Assembly: GCA_951406725.2 (NCBI GenBank)
Contig: OX597819.1
Location: 50,282,001-50,346,000, forward strand
Reading direction: 5' to 3'
Origin: Octopus vulgaris
Taxonomy: Eukaryota
DNA length: 64,000 nucleotides
This document shows positions 27,042-40,676 of this stretch, piece by piece; the first letter of the stretch is position 1, and each line of letters begins with the position of its first letter. A program made the position numbers and the translations under genes. Under the pieces are notes generated by a model that ran no database searches, was not told the origin of the DNA, and saw only the letters and a program-made list of their open reading frames with translations.

Positions 27042-27911
27042 CAGGGTGCGGTGAATAAATTGTCGTCTAAATGACGCTAAAATGAAGATAACACTGACAT
27101 CTCATTTTAATAGATATATTTTCTAAAATTACATCAAAATATCTCGAAATACTAAAGAGTAAATTTATAAAATAAAATCATCATTAGCTTCAACCATGGC
27201 CTCCAGTCGACTTCGGAATCTCCTTGCAACTCTTCTGGGTGGTCTCCTTCTTCAAACTGGTGAATGCTGGCATAATCCTTTCCTTCAGTTCATCTTCAGT
27301 GTTTCAACGAGTTTTGTTGGTCTCTTGCTCAACTGCGCCCCACACATAATAGTCAAGGGGGTTGCAGTTTGGGGACTTAGGTGGCCAGATGTTAGGGGTA
27401 ATGTGCTCGCAGAAATTGTCTGATAGCCATGACTGCTTGTGGGGCATGGTGCAGAGTCCTATTATCAGACATAGGGTCTTCCAGCAACCGCCTTCTTTAC
27501 CCAGGGCAGCACTACGTCTTTCAGGTACCTGCGGTAGGCCTCTGTTTTCAGTCTGAGGCCGTGTGGGAAGATGATGGCAAGCATAATGTTGCCATCACTA
27601 CTGATCACTTCAAACACCAAGAAGTTTACTCAATGTTTGACTTTATCACTCTCGGTACATGTCCTCAGATTGCACTATCCTCAGAATGACACCCAAACAT
27701 TGGAACATTCATATTGGAGCTTCCAGCACGAATGACAAGCAGTTCAGCATGTCGTTTCCATATTTCTGGCAGAGTGAACTGCGTCATGGTGCTGTTGTTC
27801 TTACAGGCGGTACCCAACTGACCCTACTATACTGTGTAGTCAGCAGAGTCAGAAAAAACAATGCGCATGCGCGAAATAAAAATATAAAATGGCAACAAAT
27901 TACCCATCAAA

Positions 27912-27917
<6 letters not shown>
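27042..27917 (-). mobile_element. Internally deleted maT/DD37D Tc1-mariner element
   Basis: Minus strand: YLKDVVLPWVKKAVAGRPYV**DSAP...WLSDNFCEHITPNIWPPKSPNCNPLDYYVWGAVE; starts with a CAGGGTG TIR next to TA-rich sequence. Confidence 0.8.
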
Positions 27918-27978
<61 letters not shown>

Positions 27979-28150
27979 ATGTTTCTCATTTTCTTTCCTC
28001 TCTCTCACTTACTCATTCTCACTCTCTCTCCCTCTCTCTATATATATTAATATGGAAGAAGTTGAAGATATGGCAATATACTGTAAGTTTAATAATGGCT
28101 ACCCAACCCAAACTTACACAAACACAGATCTTTATAAATATACATGCGCG

Positions 28151-28189
<39 letters not shown>

Positions 28190-28262
28190 CCGTGTGCATA
28201 TATGCAGATATACATATGCGTGTGCGTGAGTCGAGAGATAGATAGCTAAATAGAGAGGAGAG

Positions 28263-28299
<37 letters not shown>

Positions 28300-28400
28300 A
28301 AAGAAACAAGTTGAAAAGTTATGATACAAAGCAAGAAACAAAATCTCTCATATACATATATATACATACATACATATATACATACATATACATATGTAGA

Positions 28401-28451
<51 letters not shown>

Positions 28452-28761
28452 ATGTGTGTGACACCAGCATAAAACAAAAAAAAAACTATAACATCGGTAA
28501 TAATAACAATAAACAACTAACACATTAAATATTAATAGAAATCGGGTGCAAATAATAAAACAAAAAACAAAAAAACAAAATGGTCGATTGTACATAGAAA
28601 GACAAAGAGACATAGGATGGAATATATATTTCCTTCTCACTTTTTTATGTCTATGTATGTATGCATGCAAGTATGTATGTATGTATGTATGTATGTATGT
28701 ATGTATGTATGTATGTATGTATGTATGTATGTATGTATGTATCTAACTGTCTGTCTGACTG

Positions 28762-28818
<57 letters not shown>

Positions 28819-28850
28819 TTATCTATTTCTCTACCTATCTGTCTGTCTGT

Positions 28851-28932
<82 letters not shown>

Positions 28933-29180
28933 GTCTGTTTATCTGTCTGTCTGTCTGTTTATCTGTCTGTCTGTTTGTCTGTCTATCTATTTCTCTATCT
29001 CCCCATCTATTTCTCTGTCTCCCTCTCTGTCTCCCTATCTCTCTGTCTATCTCCCTGTCTGTCTGTCTGTCTGTCTGTCTCTATCTCTGTCGCTCTCTCT
29101 CTTTCCCTCCCTCTATCTCTCTATCTATCCAAGGGTAGATTCATAACTAAAGGTAGAATGAGGGAGAATAATTATAACAT

Positions 29181-29211
<31 letters not shown>

Positions 29212-29396
29212 TACATAGAAAATGAGTGAGGGTACTATGAAGAGAGAATGAGAGTCAGTATAAAAGAAAGTGATGGATGACTGCATTTGTACAGTGTATA
29301 ATTTGATCATGTTTTGTATGTAAGCTTTAGTTCTCCTAGATTTCAAACAGAAAACACACACACACATACGCAGAGAGAGAGAGAGAGAAAGAGAGG

Positions 29397-29430
<34 letters not shown>

Positions 29431-29712
29431 GGGAGAGAGAGAGAGGGAGAGAGGACAGAGTGATAGAGATAGAGTGTAACAGTCCCGTATAGTCATGTAT
29501 GTAGATTATATCTATATATATTAAATGTGTGTTGGATGCCGACATTAGATTGTGGAGGTGATACTAATAACCGTGGTCATAGTAGCAAAGGTTGATTGGA
29601 ATTGTTGTGGAGGTAGAGGCGGTGGGAAGAAAGTGGATGGGAGTAGAAACACATAATGCTGAGAAATAATAATCATAACAACAATAATAATAATAACAAC
29701 AACAACAACAAC

Positions 29713-29755
<43 letters not shown>

Positions 29756-30352
29756 TGATGATGATGATGATGATGATGATGTGTGCAAAGATGGCAAAAG
29801 TAGTAGGGAGGGATAAGAATTAGAGAAAAACATAGATCGTGTAATACAGAGAGAGCGGGGGTGGGGAGACAGAGAGGAGAGAGACACGAAGTGAATGAGG
29901 GAGAGAGAGAGATAAGGAGAGGAAAAGATGAGAAAGGAAGGAGAGGAAGGAGAGGAAGGAGTGAAAGGATAAGACAAAGAGCAGGAAATGCTACTGAGGT
30001 AAATGGATTGATGTCGTGCAGTTTTTCTCTCAATATCAATCAAAGTATGTGAATTAATATATATATATATAAATAAATACACACACATAAAGGTATATAT
30101 ATGTGTGTGTATATACTTATGCATACATATGTATTGTGAACATACATGAATCTCTCTCTCTCACTTTCTTTATATGTATACATTTATATGTCAGTGTGTG
30201 TGTTATGTATGTATATATTGATATGTACCCTTTCACATATACATATATACACACATACAACCCAGAAGTACGTGCTTGATAAATAAGCTGTTTAGCTAGT
30301 CACACATGTGTCTACATGCATACACATATACATATATATAAATACAAGTATA

Positions 30353-30420
<68 letters not shown>

Positions 30421-30424
<4 letters not shown>

Positions 30425-30732
30425 TAATACTAAGTAATTAAGGGTTTAGCAACGAATTGCCTCACCAACACACCGAATTTAGAAATAGCAGTCAAAGAGA
30501 TATAGCTATTCCTTCTACTAAAAGGGGGATCTCAGTTAAAATTGCATGATGGATTGCCGTCATTTCATTCTTTCTTTCTTACCTGTCTGTGTTTGCCTTT
30601 TGAGTGCTGTGTTTTTACTGAGATCCCCCTTTTAGTAGAAGGAATAGCTATATCTCTTTGACTGCTATTTCTAAATTCGGTGTGTTGGTGAGGCAATTCG
30701 TTGCTAAACCCTTAATTACTTAGTATTACTTA
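30421..30732. repeat. Perfect inverted repeat, 116 bp arms, 80 bp spacer
   Basis: 30421-30536 is the exact reverse complement of 30617-30732 (checked base by base). Confidence 0.97.
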
Positions 30733-30871
30733 AATTTTCCTCGAATGGGGCTTTTACATACCGAAATCTACTTGGTGTAATTGATAATTATCCCTAATTA
30801 ATTAATTTCACCCTTTTATTATATATATATATATATACATAAGTATGTACCCATCTCTCTCTCTTTCTGTT

Positions 30872-30935
<64 letters not shown>

Positions 30936-31403
30936 TATAGACCGGTCCTGTAGACTGTTGGTTACTCTAGAGTTTCCACGGGCTTGATGTTGTTTCTTCA
31001 GAGAGTGAAGACAAAGCTAAAAGACACATTGCACTAAAGCAACGACAACGGTGAGAATAGTGAAGAAGAAATGTACATCCGACAGACAATAACAACGGCA
31101 AAAATAATAATAGAGATAAAAGTGTCAGAATTTTTTATAACAAATTTGTAGCACCATCAAGAAGGACAACAACAACTATAAGAAAAAGAACAACAATAAT
31201 ACTAATACTAGGCACATGGCCTCATATTTTGAAGGAAGGGGCTAGTCGTTGTAATCGACCCCAGTGCTCAACTGGTACTTATTTAATAAGACTCTGGATG
31301 TATGAATGACAAAGTCGATGTCGGTGGAATTTGGGGCTCTCACGCAATAATGAATAAAGAATCGTATACTAATAGCATGTAATACACTGACATGCACTGT
31401 CCG

Positions 31404-31816
31404 TGCAGCATCTGTATTCTTCCCCGTGCCTGTGAAATCTTGTATCCCTGCCGTAAGGCTTTACTTCCACACACGCCAGCTTAATTTAATTCGTCCCTAG
31501 TCGAAAGACACATGTTGTTATTTCCTGTTATTTGTATTTGTGTAACTTTCCCCGTTTTTTCCGTCCTTGTTTTCGCATACATCCGCTGCTTTCTTCCAAA
31601 GAATCTAATGCTCTTAGCTTAGTTTTTCCTTGGGACTGGTCAGATTGGAGCAATCGCGAGTATAACCAGCCAAAATTGCAAAGATAATCTGGAACTCGAC
31701 TGAGGAAAGAAAACTCTGAATGACCCGTCCTTATTTTCTTTGTATTGTCTACCTGGATGTTTTGTTGTCCCTTTCTTGTGTCACCTGACTGGATGTTTTG
31801 CGTTCTTGTCCCATTT

Positions 31817-31865
<49 letters not shown>

Positions 31866-32526
31866 GTGTATATGTATGTATATGTATGTATATATGTATG
31901 TATATATGTATATGTATGTATGTATACATGTATGTATGTGTATATATGTATGTATATATGTATATGTATGTATATATGTGTGGTGTATATGTGTGTGTAT
32001 ATGTATATATAAATACATGCATATATATATACATACATATATGTATATATATATGTATATACATATAAAATACAAAATGGGACAAGAACGCAAAACATCC
32101 GGACAACTAGATGATACAAAAATATACAACAGAACATCCAGATAGACGTTACAAAAAAAGGACGGGTCATTCGAAGCTTTTTATCCTCAGTCAAGAACCA
32201 GATCATCCTCGCAAGTTCGGCTGATTAATCTTGAGATTTCTCCAATCTGGCCAGCCCCAAGAAAAAAATAAGCTAAGAGCATTAGATTCCTTGGGAAAAA
32301 ACATCGAATATATACGAAAACAATGACGGAAAAACAGACGATGTTACACGAATATAGATACAAAAATACAATAAAACAACAACAACAACAATAATAATAA
32401 TAACAGGACATAAAACAGGTGCCTTTCGACTGGGAAGAATTGAATTCAGCTGGCGTGTGTGGAAATGAAGCCTTACGGCAAAGATACAGAACTTTCACGA
32501 ACACAAGGAAGACTATCGATGTAGCA
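31404..32526. mobile_element. Tail-to-tail pair of one ~420-450 bp element around a TA/TATG tract
   Basis: 31404-31820 (+) and 32071-32526 (-) are diverged homologs; both end ggatgttttgcgttcttgtcccattttgta at the microsatellite. Confidence 0.85.
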
Positions 32527-33679
32527 GTGACCACAGTCAAAGGCAAAAAGAGGGCTAGCAGTCTAGCCTCTCTGTCACGTGAGAAGAGAAAAAGAGGAAC
32601 AAAAGAATTAAGGAGGGAGAGGAGAAGAGAGAGAGAGAGAGACAGAGAGACAGAGACAGAAAGTTGTAGAAGCAGATGGACAGAAGAATTAAGGAAGGAC
32701 GAGAAAAAAGAGACAGGTACATAGTGAAGTGCAAAGTGTGTAAGGAAGGCAAAGAAATGTGAGGGGGGGGGGGAAGAAAGAACGAAGAGTGGAATGAACG
32801 AATAAGCGTGAAAAGGTTGAAAAAGTCGTACAAGATTTCAAGCACCCATACACACTCATATACACAAGAGCATATATACGCTCGTAACAGATACACATGT
32901 GCACATGACACATGCATGCATATAACCTTGACCACACGCTCACAGATACAAACCTATGTCTATACGTGTATTGAGGAGGAAGAGGAGGAAGAGGAGGAGC
33001 GATAGTTCAACACAAGAGCAAGCGCATTTTCCCCTTTCTGCACTGCTTTCGCAGTTGGCTTGGTGTAATATGAAGCGCTCGCCGATGACTTGTCAGAACA
33101 AACAACTGCAAAAGTTTTCTAGCCTTCATTCATTCATTCATTCATTCATTCATTCATTCATTCATTCATATGACCTGGTCACAGACACACATGGTTTCAT
33201 CCAGTTAGATTGAAGCCTATCTATTTCACTATCAACCAAATCAATTTTTTTCTGTTAACTATTCAAAATGCCTGACGAAATGGTTTGGTTACATAATCAT
33301 GTAAGACTGATCAGTTTTAAGTGTGGAGACTATATAAACATAGAAATAACGTTGAATTCTCTTCGTATATTCTGACCTCGGTAGACGCCAGCAATTTTTA
33401 AAATTGAAGTAACACTGGCGTATATCAAAGCAGATAACCCTAATATTTTGCTCTATCACCTGCTGATAAAGGCGACGTATGTATGTGTAATTATAATTAT
33501 ACACTCCCGCTAGCACCATGGATACATTTCAGGGAAAGGAAATATAAATCATGTAAGGTTATGCTAATGTATATACATTAATTTCGACGTATTGTTGGTT
33601 CGTTTATACATACACATAACAATGCATACATACATACATACACATTATGCATACATAAATACAATAGATAGACATGCAG

Positions 33680-33728
<49 letters not shown>

Positions 33729-34560
33729 ATATCTTTATATAATACATATCTTTATATATATACACAGACATACACACATTTGCATGTACACACATAGATG
33801 CATTAGTATGTCCGTTTGTATGCATACTTAACTATGTATTCTAGCTATCTCTCATCGTATTTCCTAGTTTACATTAGTCCAGAACCAGACACCCCTCTTC
33901 CACACTTCATCTTAAGTTCCCTCTCTCTGTATCACTCTGACCATATTATCCCATCCTCTCATATCTTCATCTCTTTCTCCCGAGTCGTACCCCAGACCCC
34001 GCTGTCACCACTCTATGATCTTTAGAGAGAGACCTCTCTTTGACTGACAATGAAATTGACACGTGACACGTGACAGTTTATGCAAATGAGACGCTCGCTG
34101 TCAGTCAGTATTTGGTTCACTAAATACACACACATATACACACATACATACTGATGCGCACGAACGCGTATACGCTCAGAAGACAAACACAAACATGCGC
34201 AGATACGGAGTGGACAAGTTAATCCCTTCAAAGAACACGGCCAATATATCTATGATGAAGAACGACTAATTCCATTTCAGGTGTGTAATGAATAAATAAT
34301 GAGCATGTGGGATTATCTCATCTATCTTGCTATCCTCTGCTACACTCTCAGAATCCATCTAACACTACCGCTACTGCTTCCGCCCTGTACAGCTTAGAGA
34401 TGAAGAGAAACTGACGTTACGTTAAAACAACAAAATAATAATAATAATAACGGAGTGCTAGACAGAAACTCTACAAAATGGTGAAGAGAATGAGAGGGTG
34501 AACGAAAGAAAGACAGAAAGAAAGAAAGAAAGAAAGAAAGAAGAAGAAGGGAACAAGAGA

Positions 34561-34596
<36 letters not shown>

Positions 34597-34984
34597 GGAA
34601 GGGGAGAGAGAAAGGAAAAGAGAAGAGAGACTAGGAAAATACTTGCATATATATATGTAGGGATGTGTGTGTATGTGTATGTGTGCATGCACATCTGTGT
34701 GTGATATAAATATATATATATATTATATTTCAGATAATGAAATATATATATCTTTCAGATAATGAAATATATATATATGTATACACACACACACACACAC
34801 ACACACAGAAAGTGGGGGAAAAGAGTGCGTTTATAACCATCAGCCGCAGTACCAGCAGCGTCAGCATCCTCGACGCCATATTGTAGATGTTACTGCTGTC
34901 ATTGGTCCAATAAGGTTACTTCCGCCTCGACTCAGCAAGGATGATCCGAAGACATTTTGTATATTTATAAATATATGTATATAT

Positions 34985-35094
<110 letters not shown>

Positions 35095-35095
35095 A

Positions 35096-35994
35096 CTAGC
35101 AGTATCGCCCGGCGCTGCTCGGGTTTGTAAGGGAAATAACTATATAAGCATTTTTAGAGAGTTATAGCCAAAAAATAGCAAAAAAATGCATTAAAAATGG
35201 AAAAAAAAAATTATAGTAAATTTTTTTTAAATCGTTGACTCATCGTAGACATTTTTAGAGAGTTACTTCCCTTATATAATAGCAAAAAAATGCATTAAAA
35301 TGGAAAAAAATGATGGTAAATTATTTTTTAAATCGTAGACTCATCGTAGATGCGCGCTAATACCCAGAAGGGCTCGATATGAATCACGACTATAAGATAC
35401 CCGGTTTTGGTTAAACTGCATCGCAAAATGTGGGAGTAGTTAGGAATCTAAATCGTAGGAGACAGACACACAACTTCACTTTTATATATAAAGATTTGTG
35501 CAACAACTAAAACATTCGGTTGTGCAAATTGTTTGCACAGGAAACCTGCCCTGTGTGGCGGTTTTTGCCGTTTTTGTGGATCTGTTTCAGCTTTTTTAGC
35601 GATTTCTGTTTTGGCGACTTCAAGCCATGAAGTCGTTGTTCTAAAAGAACGCTGGTCTCCTTGACAACGCTTTACTACGTTGATTTCCTTACACTCCCTT
35701 CCCCACAGCTTCACGAGGGAGGGAAGAAGGGGGAGAAGCAACACAGGTGCAGGTGTGAGCATGGACGCCAACTCCGCCGCCATCGACACACGAAAAATAT
35801 GCGTTAAAATGGAAAAAAAATTATGGTAAATTATTTTTAATATTGTAGACTCATCGTAGACGCGCGCGCTAATACCCAGACGGGCTCGATATGAATCACG
35901 ACTATAAGATACCCGAATTTGGTTAAACTGCACCGCAACATGTGGGAGTAGTTAGGAATCTAAATCGTAGGAGACAGACACTCACACAACTTCA

Positions 35995-36000
<6 letters not shown>
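35096..36000 (-). mobile_element. Helitron-like element, copy 2 (composite with internal duplications)
   Basis: Terminus ctagcagtatcgcccggcgctgctcggg; about 200 bp block duplicated at about 35295-35490 and 35805-36000; flanked by (TA)n. Confidence 0.7.
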
Positions 36001-36052
<52 letters not shown>

Positions 36053-36245
36053 TAATAACAGTGTAAAGGAGGAGTTTCGATATATATATATATATATATG
36101 TACATATATCAAAGCGTCAAACTAATAGACCTGCTTGTTGTTCATACACCTATCTTCGTTTTTTGTTTTTCTATAAATTTCAACTACACACACACATACA
36201 CACAGACACGCAAATATATATATATATATATATATACAGACATAC

Positions 36246-36294
<49 letters not shown>

Positions 36295-36307
36295 CACATA
36301 TACATAC

Positions 36308-36344
<37 letters not shown>

Positions 36345-36347
36345 CAT

Positions 36348-36378
<31 letters not shown>

Positions 36379-37044
36379 CATACATACATACATACAAACA
36401 CGCATGCACACACACGCGTACACACACATGCACACACACGCACATAACCAGAAATATTGGCTAATTTTGTTAATTAATAGATATCTCCAACGTATATCGT
36501 GGTATGCAAATGAGCAAACCTAGTGCTTATTGTCCAGCAAACGCTTTTCTGTGTAGTTTCTTGCGTGCCTGTATCTGAATTTACAAATACATACGCCCAC
36601 AAGTACTCACACACCCACAGCCTACCCCGCCCCCCTAGAGGTGCGCACGCGCTCAGAGGCATATGACTGTTCACATTTTTTTATAAGCGTGGGTGTTCCC
36701 TCGACTGTGTCTCGTGTATCTTTTGCATGTATACGCTTATATCGTAATGTTGCTTGTTTTGAGCTTTGTTGTTGTAGTTTGATGATGATGATGATGATGA
36801 TGGTGGTGATGGTGATGATTATGTGTAGGAGTAGGTGGATGACATGAAAATGACAATATTTCGTCCCACCTGCCCCAACCCGACCTACCCCCCAATGACT
36901 TGATGAAATAGTTAACATGGCGGTCGACTTTGTACTACGATCTACAAATGCATAATAACGAAATGTCAGCAATGCGTGCTACGACCATAAAGGGTGAACA
37001 ATAAATAAATAAATAGATAAATAAATAAATAAATAGATAAATAT

Positions 37045-37452
37045 GGCGTAGGAGTAGCTGTGTGTAGCTGTGTGATAAGAAGATTGCTTCCCAATCACAT
37101 ATTTCCGGGTTCAGTCCCACTGCGTGTCACCTTGGGTGAGTGTCTTCTACAATAGCCTCGGGCCAAACAAAGCCTTGTGAATGAATTTCATAGATGGAAA
37201 CTTAAAGAAGCCCGCCGTATATATATACATATGTGTATTTGTGTGTCTGTGTTTGCCCCCCCCCCACCACCATCACTTGACAACAAATGTTGATGTGTTT
37301 ACGTCCCCGTAACTTAGCGGTTCGGCAAAAGAGACCGATAGAATATGTACTAGGCTTACAAAGAATAAGTCCTGTGGTCGATTTATTCGCCAAAAGGTGG
37401 TGCTCCAGCATGGCCGCAGTCAAAATGACTGAAATAAGTAAAATAATAAAAG
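37045..37452 (+). mobile_element. SINE family A (full length)
   Basis: ggcgtaggagtagctgtg...gggttcagtcccactgcg...ggtgctccagcatggccgcagtcaaaatgactgaaataagta. Confidence 0.88.
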
Positions 37453-37502
37453 AATGAATAAATAAATAAATAAATTTATGTATAAATAAAGAAATGTATG
37501 TA

Positions 37503-37537
<35 letters not shown>

Positions 37538-37596
37538 GGGGAATAAAAGCTGTTACAGAAAACATTATCCTATTCAGTTCTGAAAAGCAAGCAGTG

Positions 37597-37760
37597 AAGG
37601 CACATGGCATAGTGGTTAGGGGCATTCGGCTCACGATTGGACTATAAAGTCGTGAGTTCGATCCCGACCTCGCATTATGTCCTTAAGTAATACACTTTAT
37701 TTTTATGTTGCTCCAGTCTACTCAGCTGACAAAAATGAGTTGTACCTGTTTTTCAAAGGA
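37597..37760 (+). mobile_element. SINE family C variant (gtccttgagcaagacacttt-type core)
   Basis: ggcacatggcatagtggttagg...gagttcgatccc...gttgctccagtctactcagctg. Confidence 0.75.
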
Positions 37761-37934
37761 GGGGCTAGCTACGTTAGAGAGAAATAACAGGTTATTTCCC
37801 CATTAAAAAAAAAAATTACTTACAGCTGTTTCAGATATGTATTTGGGTGCGTTGATGGATCAATATTTTATCAATCGATCGATTGATCTACTGAAAACAA
37901 AGGAAACTACTAGCACAATACTATCTTCCTCGTC

Positions 37935-38303
37935 CGCTACTTGTTTTAGTTACTGGACTGCAGCCTTGACGAGGCACATTGCCTTGAAAAGTTTTGTCAA
38001 ACGAATCGACCTCATTGTTTTTTTTTTCTTTCAAGCCTGGTACTTATTCTATCGCCTCTCATGACAAACCACTAAGTTACGGGAACGTAAAAAATACACA
38101 CAAACACACCAGCGGAATTTTCATTTGATGCTGTTGTTGGAATAATATGGACGCTACATAGCAGATTTAATGTATTTATCATATGATAGTATTTTAGCAA
38201 TTATCTGCTGGTAAAATAGATGAAACAAATTTAATAATATGCAATAAAGCGTGGTTGTTCAATCTAATCTCTCTTTTTATCACTTTATATATACATACAT
38301 ACA

Positions 38304-38361
<58 letters not shown>

Positions 38362-38453
38362 CATATATATACATACATATACACACACACACACATATAT
38401 ATATATGTATATATACACATATATACATATATATACATATATATACATATATA

Positions 38454-38493
<40 letters not shown>

Positions 38494-38504
38494 TATACAT
38501 AACA

Positions 38505-38535
<31 letters not shown>

Positions 38536-38640
38536 CGGGCTTCTTTCAAGTTCTGTTTGACAAATCTACTCACAAAGTTTTGGTCAGCTCTGGGTATTGT
38601 TGAAGACACAGTGGGACTCAATCTGGAACCATATAGTTGG
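37935..38640 (-). mobile_element. SINE family A split in two (37935-38110 and 38535-38640)
   Basis: Degenerate 3' and 5' halves in the same orientation, separated by unique sequence and an expanded microsatellite. Confidence 0.6.
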
Positions 38641-38794
38641 TTCTGGGTTTAAATTCAATGACGTCACTTAAATATGGACTTAGATTTGCAACCAATCAGA
38701 ACTTGGACCTTTACCTTATAAACCTATATACACAGAGCAATTTTAGCTTAAAACAGTTTCAGTAAAACCAGTAACGAAGAATCCTCCTGCATTC

Positions 38795-38835
38795 ATTTCC
38801 TCTGATGAAAGGCCATTATCCGAAACGTAGTACAT
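38795..38835 (+). ncRNA. Minimal hammerhead ribozyme-like motif (canonical core, weak stems)
   Basis: CTGATGA (38802-38808) aa-gg-ccattat-cc GAAAC (38822-38826) GTA; followed by tcagcgttg, as in the tgagcgt motif of the other copies. Confidence 0.5.
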
Positions 38836-39012
38836 TAGTCATTCCTTGTCTTCCTCTCAGCGTTGAACTGATATAAAATTTGTATCTCTAGTGTTTGTTT
38901 TTCCGGAGAGATTTTCCGTTTATTTTCTTTTTATTATACTAACACTGAAATTAGAGCCTCTTACCCTTGGATTATTCTATTCGGGTTACATACACACAAA
39001 CAAACACACACG

Positions 39013-39103
<91 letters not shown>

Positions 39104-39239
39104 CATATATGTGTTTCTATATATATGTATGTCTCTCTTTCGCTTTCCCTCTACCTACCTACCTACCTACCTACCTATCCATCCATCCATCCATCTATCT
39201 ATCTACCTACCAAAAGGAAAAAAAAAAGCGAAAGAAAAA

Positions 39240-39528
39240 AGAGAGCCACTTACTGTAATGTGTTTTCTTTTTGCATGACACTATTGCACAAGATTCCTGT
39301 AGTCTTTTCCGTAGGCTTTTCTATTCATGGACAATCCTAATCTATTTTCCCTTTTTGCATTGACATTTCTGTGATACATGATCCCTATTGATCGGCCCTA
39401 CTTTTTTTCTTCACGATCCCTTTTGATCGAAATTCGCCCCCACCCTTTTTTCCCTTCTCTTCTTCCCCAAAAGAAAAGCTCTACTTTGTATTTTGCCCCT
39501 TCTGTGTTTAGCCCTGCGTGACCAATAA

Positions 39529-39530
<2 letters not shown>
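39240..39530 (+). mobile_element. Tx1/L1-like LINE 3'UTR copy
   Basis: Reverse-complement homolog of 19170-19470; ends ccaataaa+(TCTA)n. Confidence 0.7.
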
Positions 39531-39599
<69 letters not shown>

Positions 39600-39929
39600 A
39601 ATATTATGTAGATATGTTTCTAAATCGTAGGTTCTGGTTGGGGTATAAAAGTAGGGTATATCCAGGGAAGCGCCATTTCCAGACTAATACCGAAATTCAT
39701 CAAGTGTAGGAAATCCTGGTTTCACGACGGTAAAAATTTGTGCCAATGTAAGAGCATAACTTCGATGCAAGTCTAATGAAGTACTACTCCAATGTCTAAA
39801 ACCGCAGACATTACGCAAATTTCGCTTTGATTTTTTGTGTAAACTGGCGTTGCAACCAGAGTTTCTACAGAACCATTAAAGATGTGTTAAAGGATTTCTT
39901 TGTCTTATTAGGATTATTTCTTTCTTCAT

Positions 39930-40270
39930 GTATGGTAGTGGGTAGCGACTTTCTTCACTACTTCAGGGAGTGACGGCCCTGCCCGACACGAATCGCGGCC
40001 TCAGCTGGCTCCGGCTGACAGTACTCGGTATGGGCCCCTATCCAGGGTTACGGAATGGAGACAAACTTCAAAGAAATCCGGAGTGGAGCCCCGTTTAGTG
40101 TTCGACTCAACACTCTTCCGGCAGCTCCTGCAACCAAGCTAGTGCCAAACGTAATGCCTTGCTCTCCTTTGGACTACGTCAGCAAGGTCGAGCGAGAGAG
40201 GAAGCCTGACGATTGGGTTACCCAGGATTTTCTTACATCTAGTCCAGGCCTGCGCAAAACTGGATTTTAT
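39930..40270 (+). mobile_element. GC-rich segment resembling an RTE-clade LINE 5'UTR
   Basis: ccggcagctcctgcaaccaagctagtgccaaacgtaa...tgctctcctttggact...cctgacgattggg resembles RTE 5' leaders as I recall them; not verified. Confidence 0.4.
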
Positions 40271-40645
40271 GCGCAACTCTATTGTCGCCCGAGACAAAAG
40301 AATGCCAACAATATGTATATTCGTAGCAGTAACGGACAACTCCTGTGGCATACCAAATGTACGAAGAATCACAATAGCATCAAATGTAACCAAAGGCCGT
40401 CATATATCCAATGCGCGCGCGTGATAATTTTACTAGGGTTATCATCAGAGGTTTAAGCGCATTCATTAAATTAATTTAGATTTCGAAATTTGTTCTAAAT
40501 TGATGGCCAAGGAAGCAGGTAAAAGAAAACCCCCAAAACAAAGGAAGAACGAGACACTGATTCCTATCGATACAAACGTACTTTTTCATTCATGCGTGTG
40601 TTTGTGTGTGTGAGAAAGAGACAGAAAGAGAGAGAGAGAGAGAGC

Positions 40646-40676
<31 letters not shown>

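Noticed and set aside
39706-39868. Imperfect ~20 bp inverted termini (possible MITE)
   Set aside because: The match is too degenerate and there is no second copy in the window.
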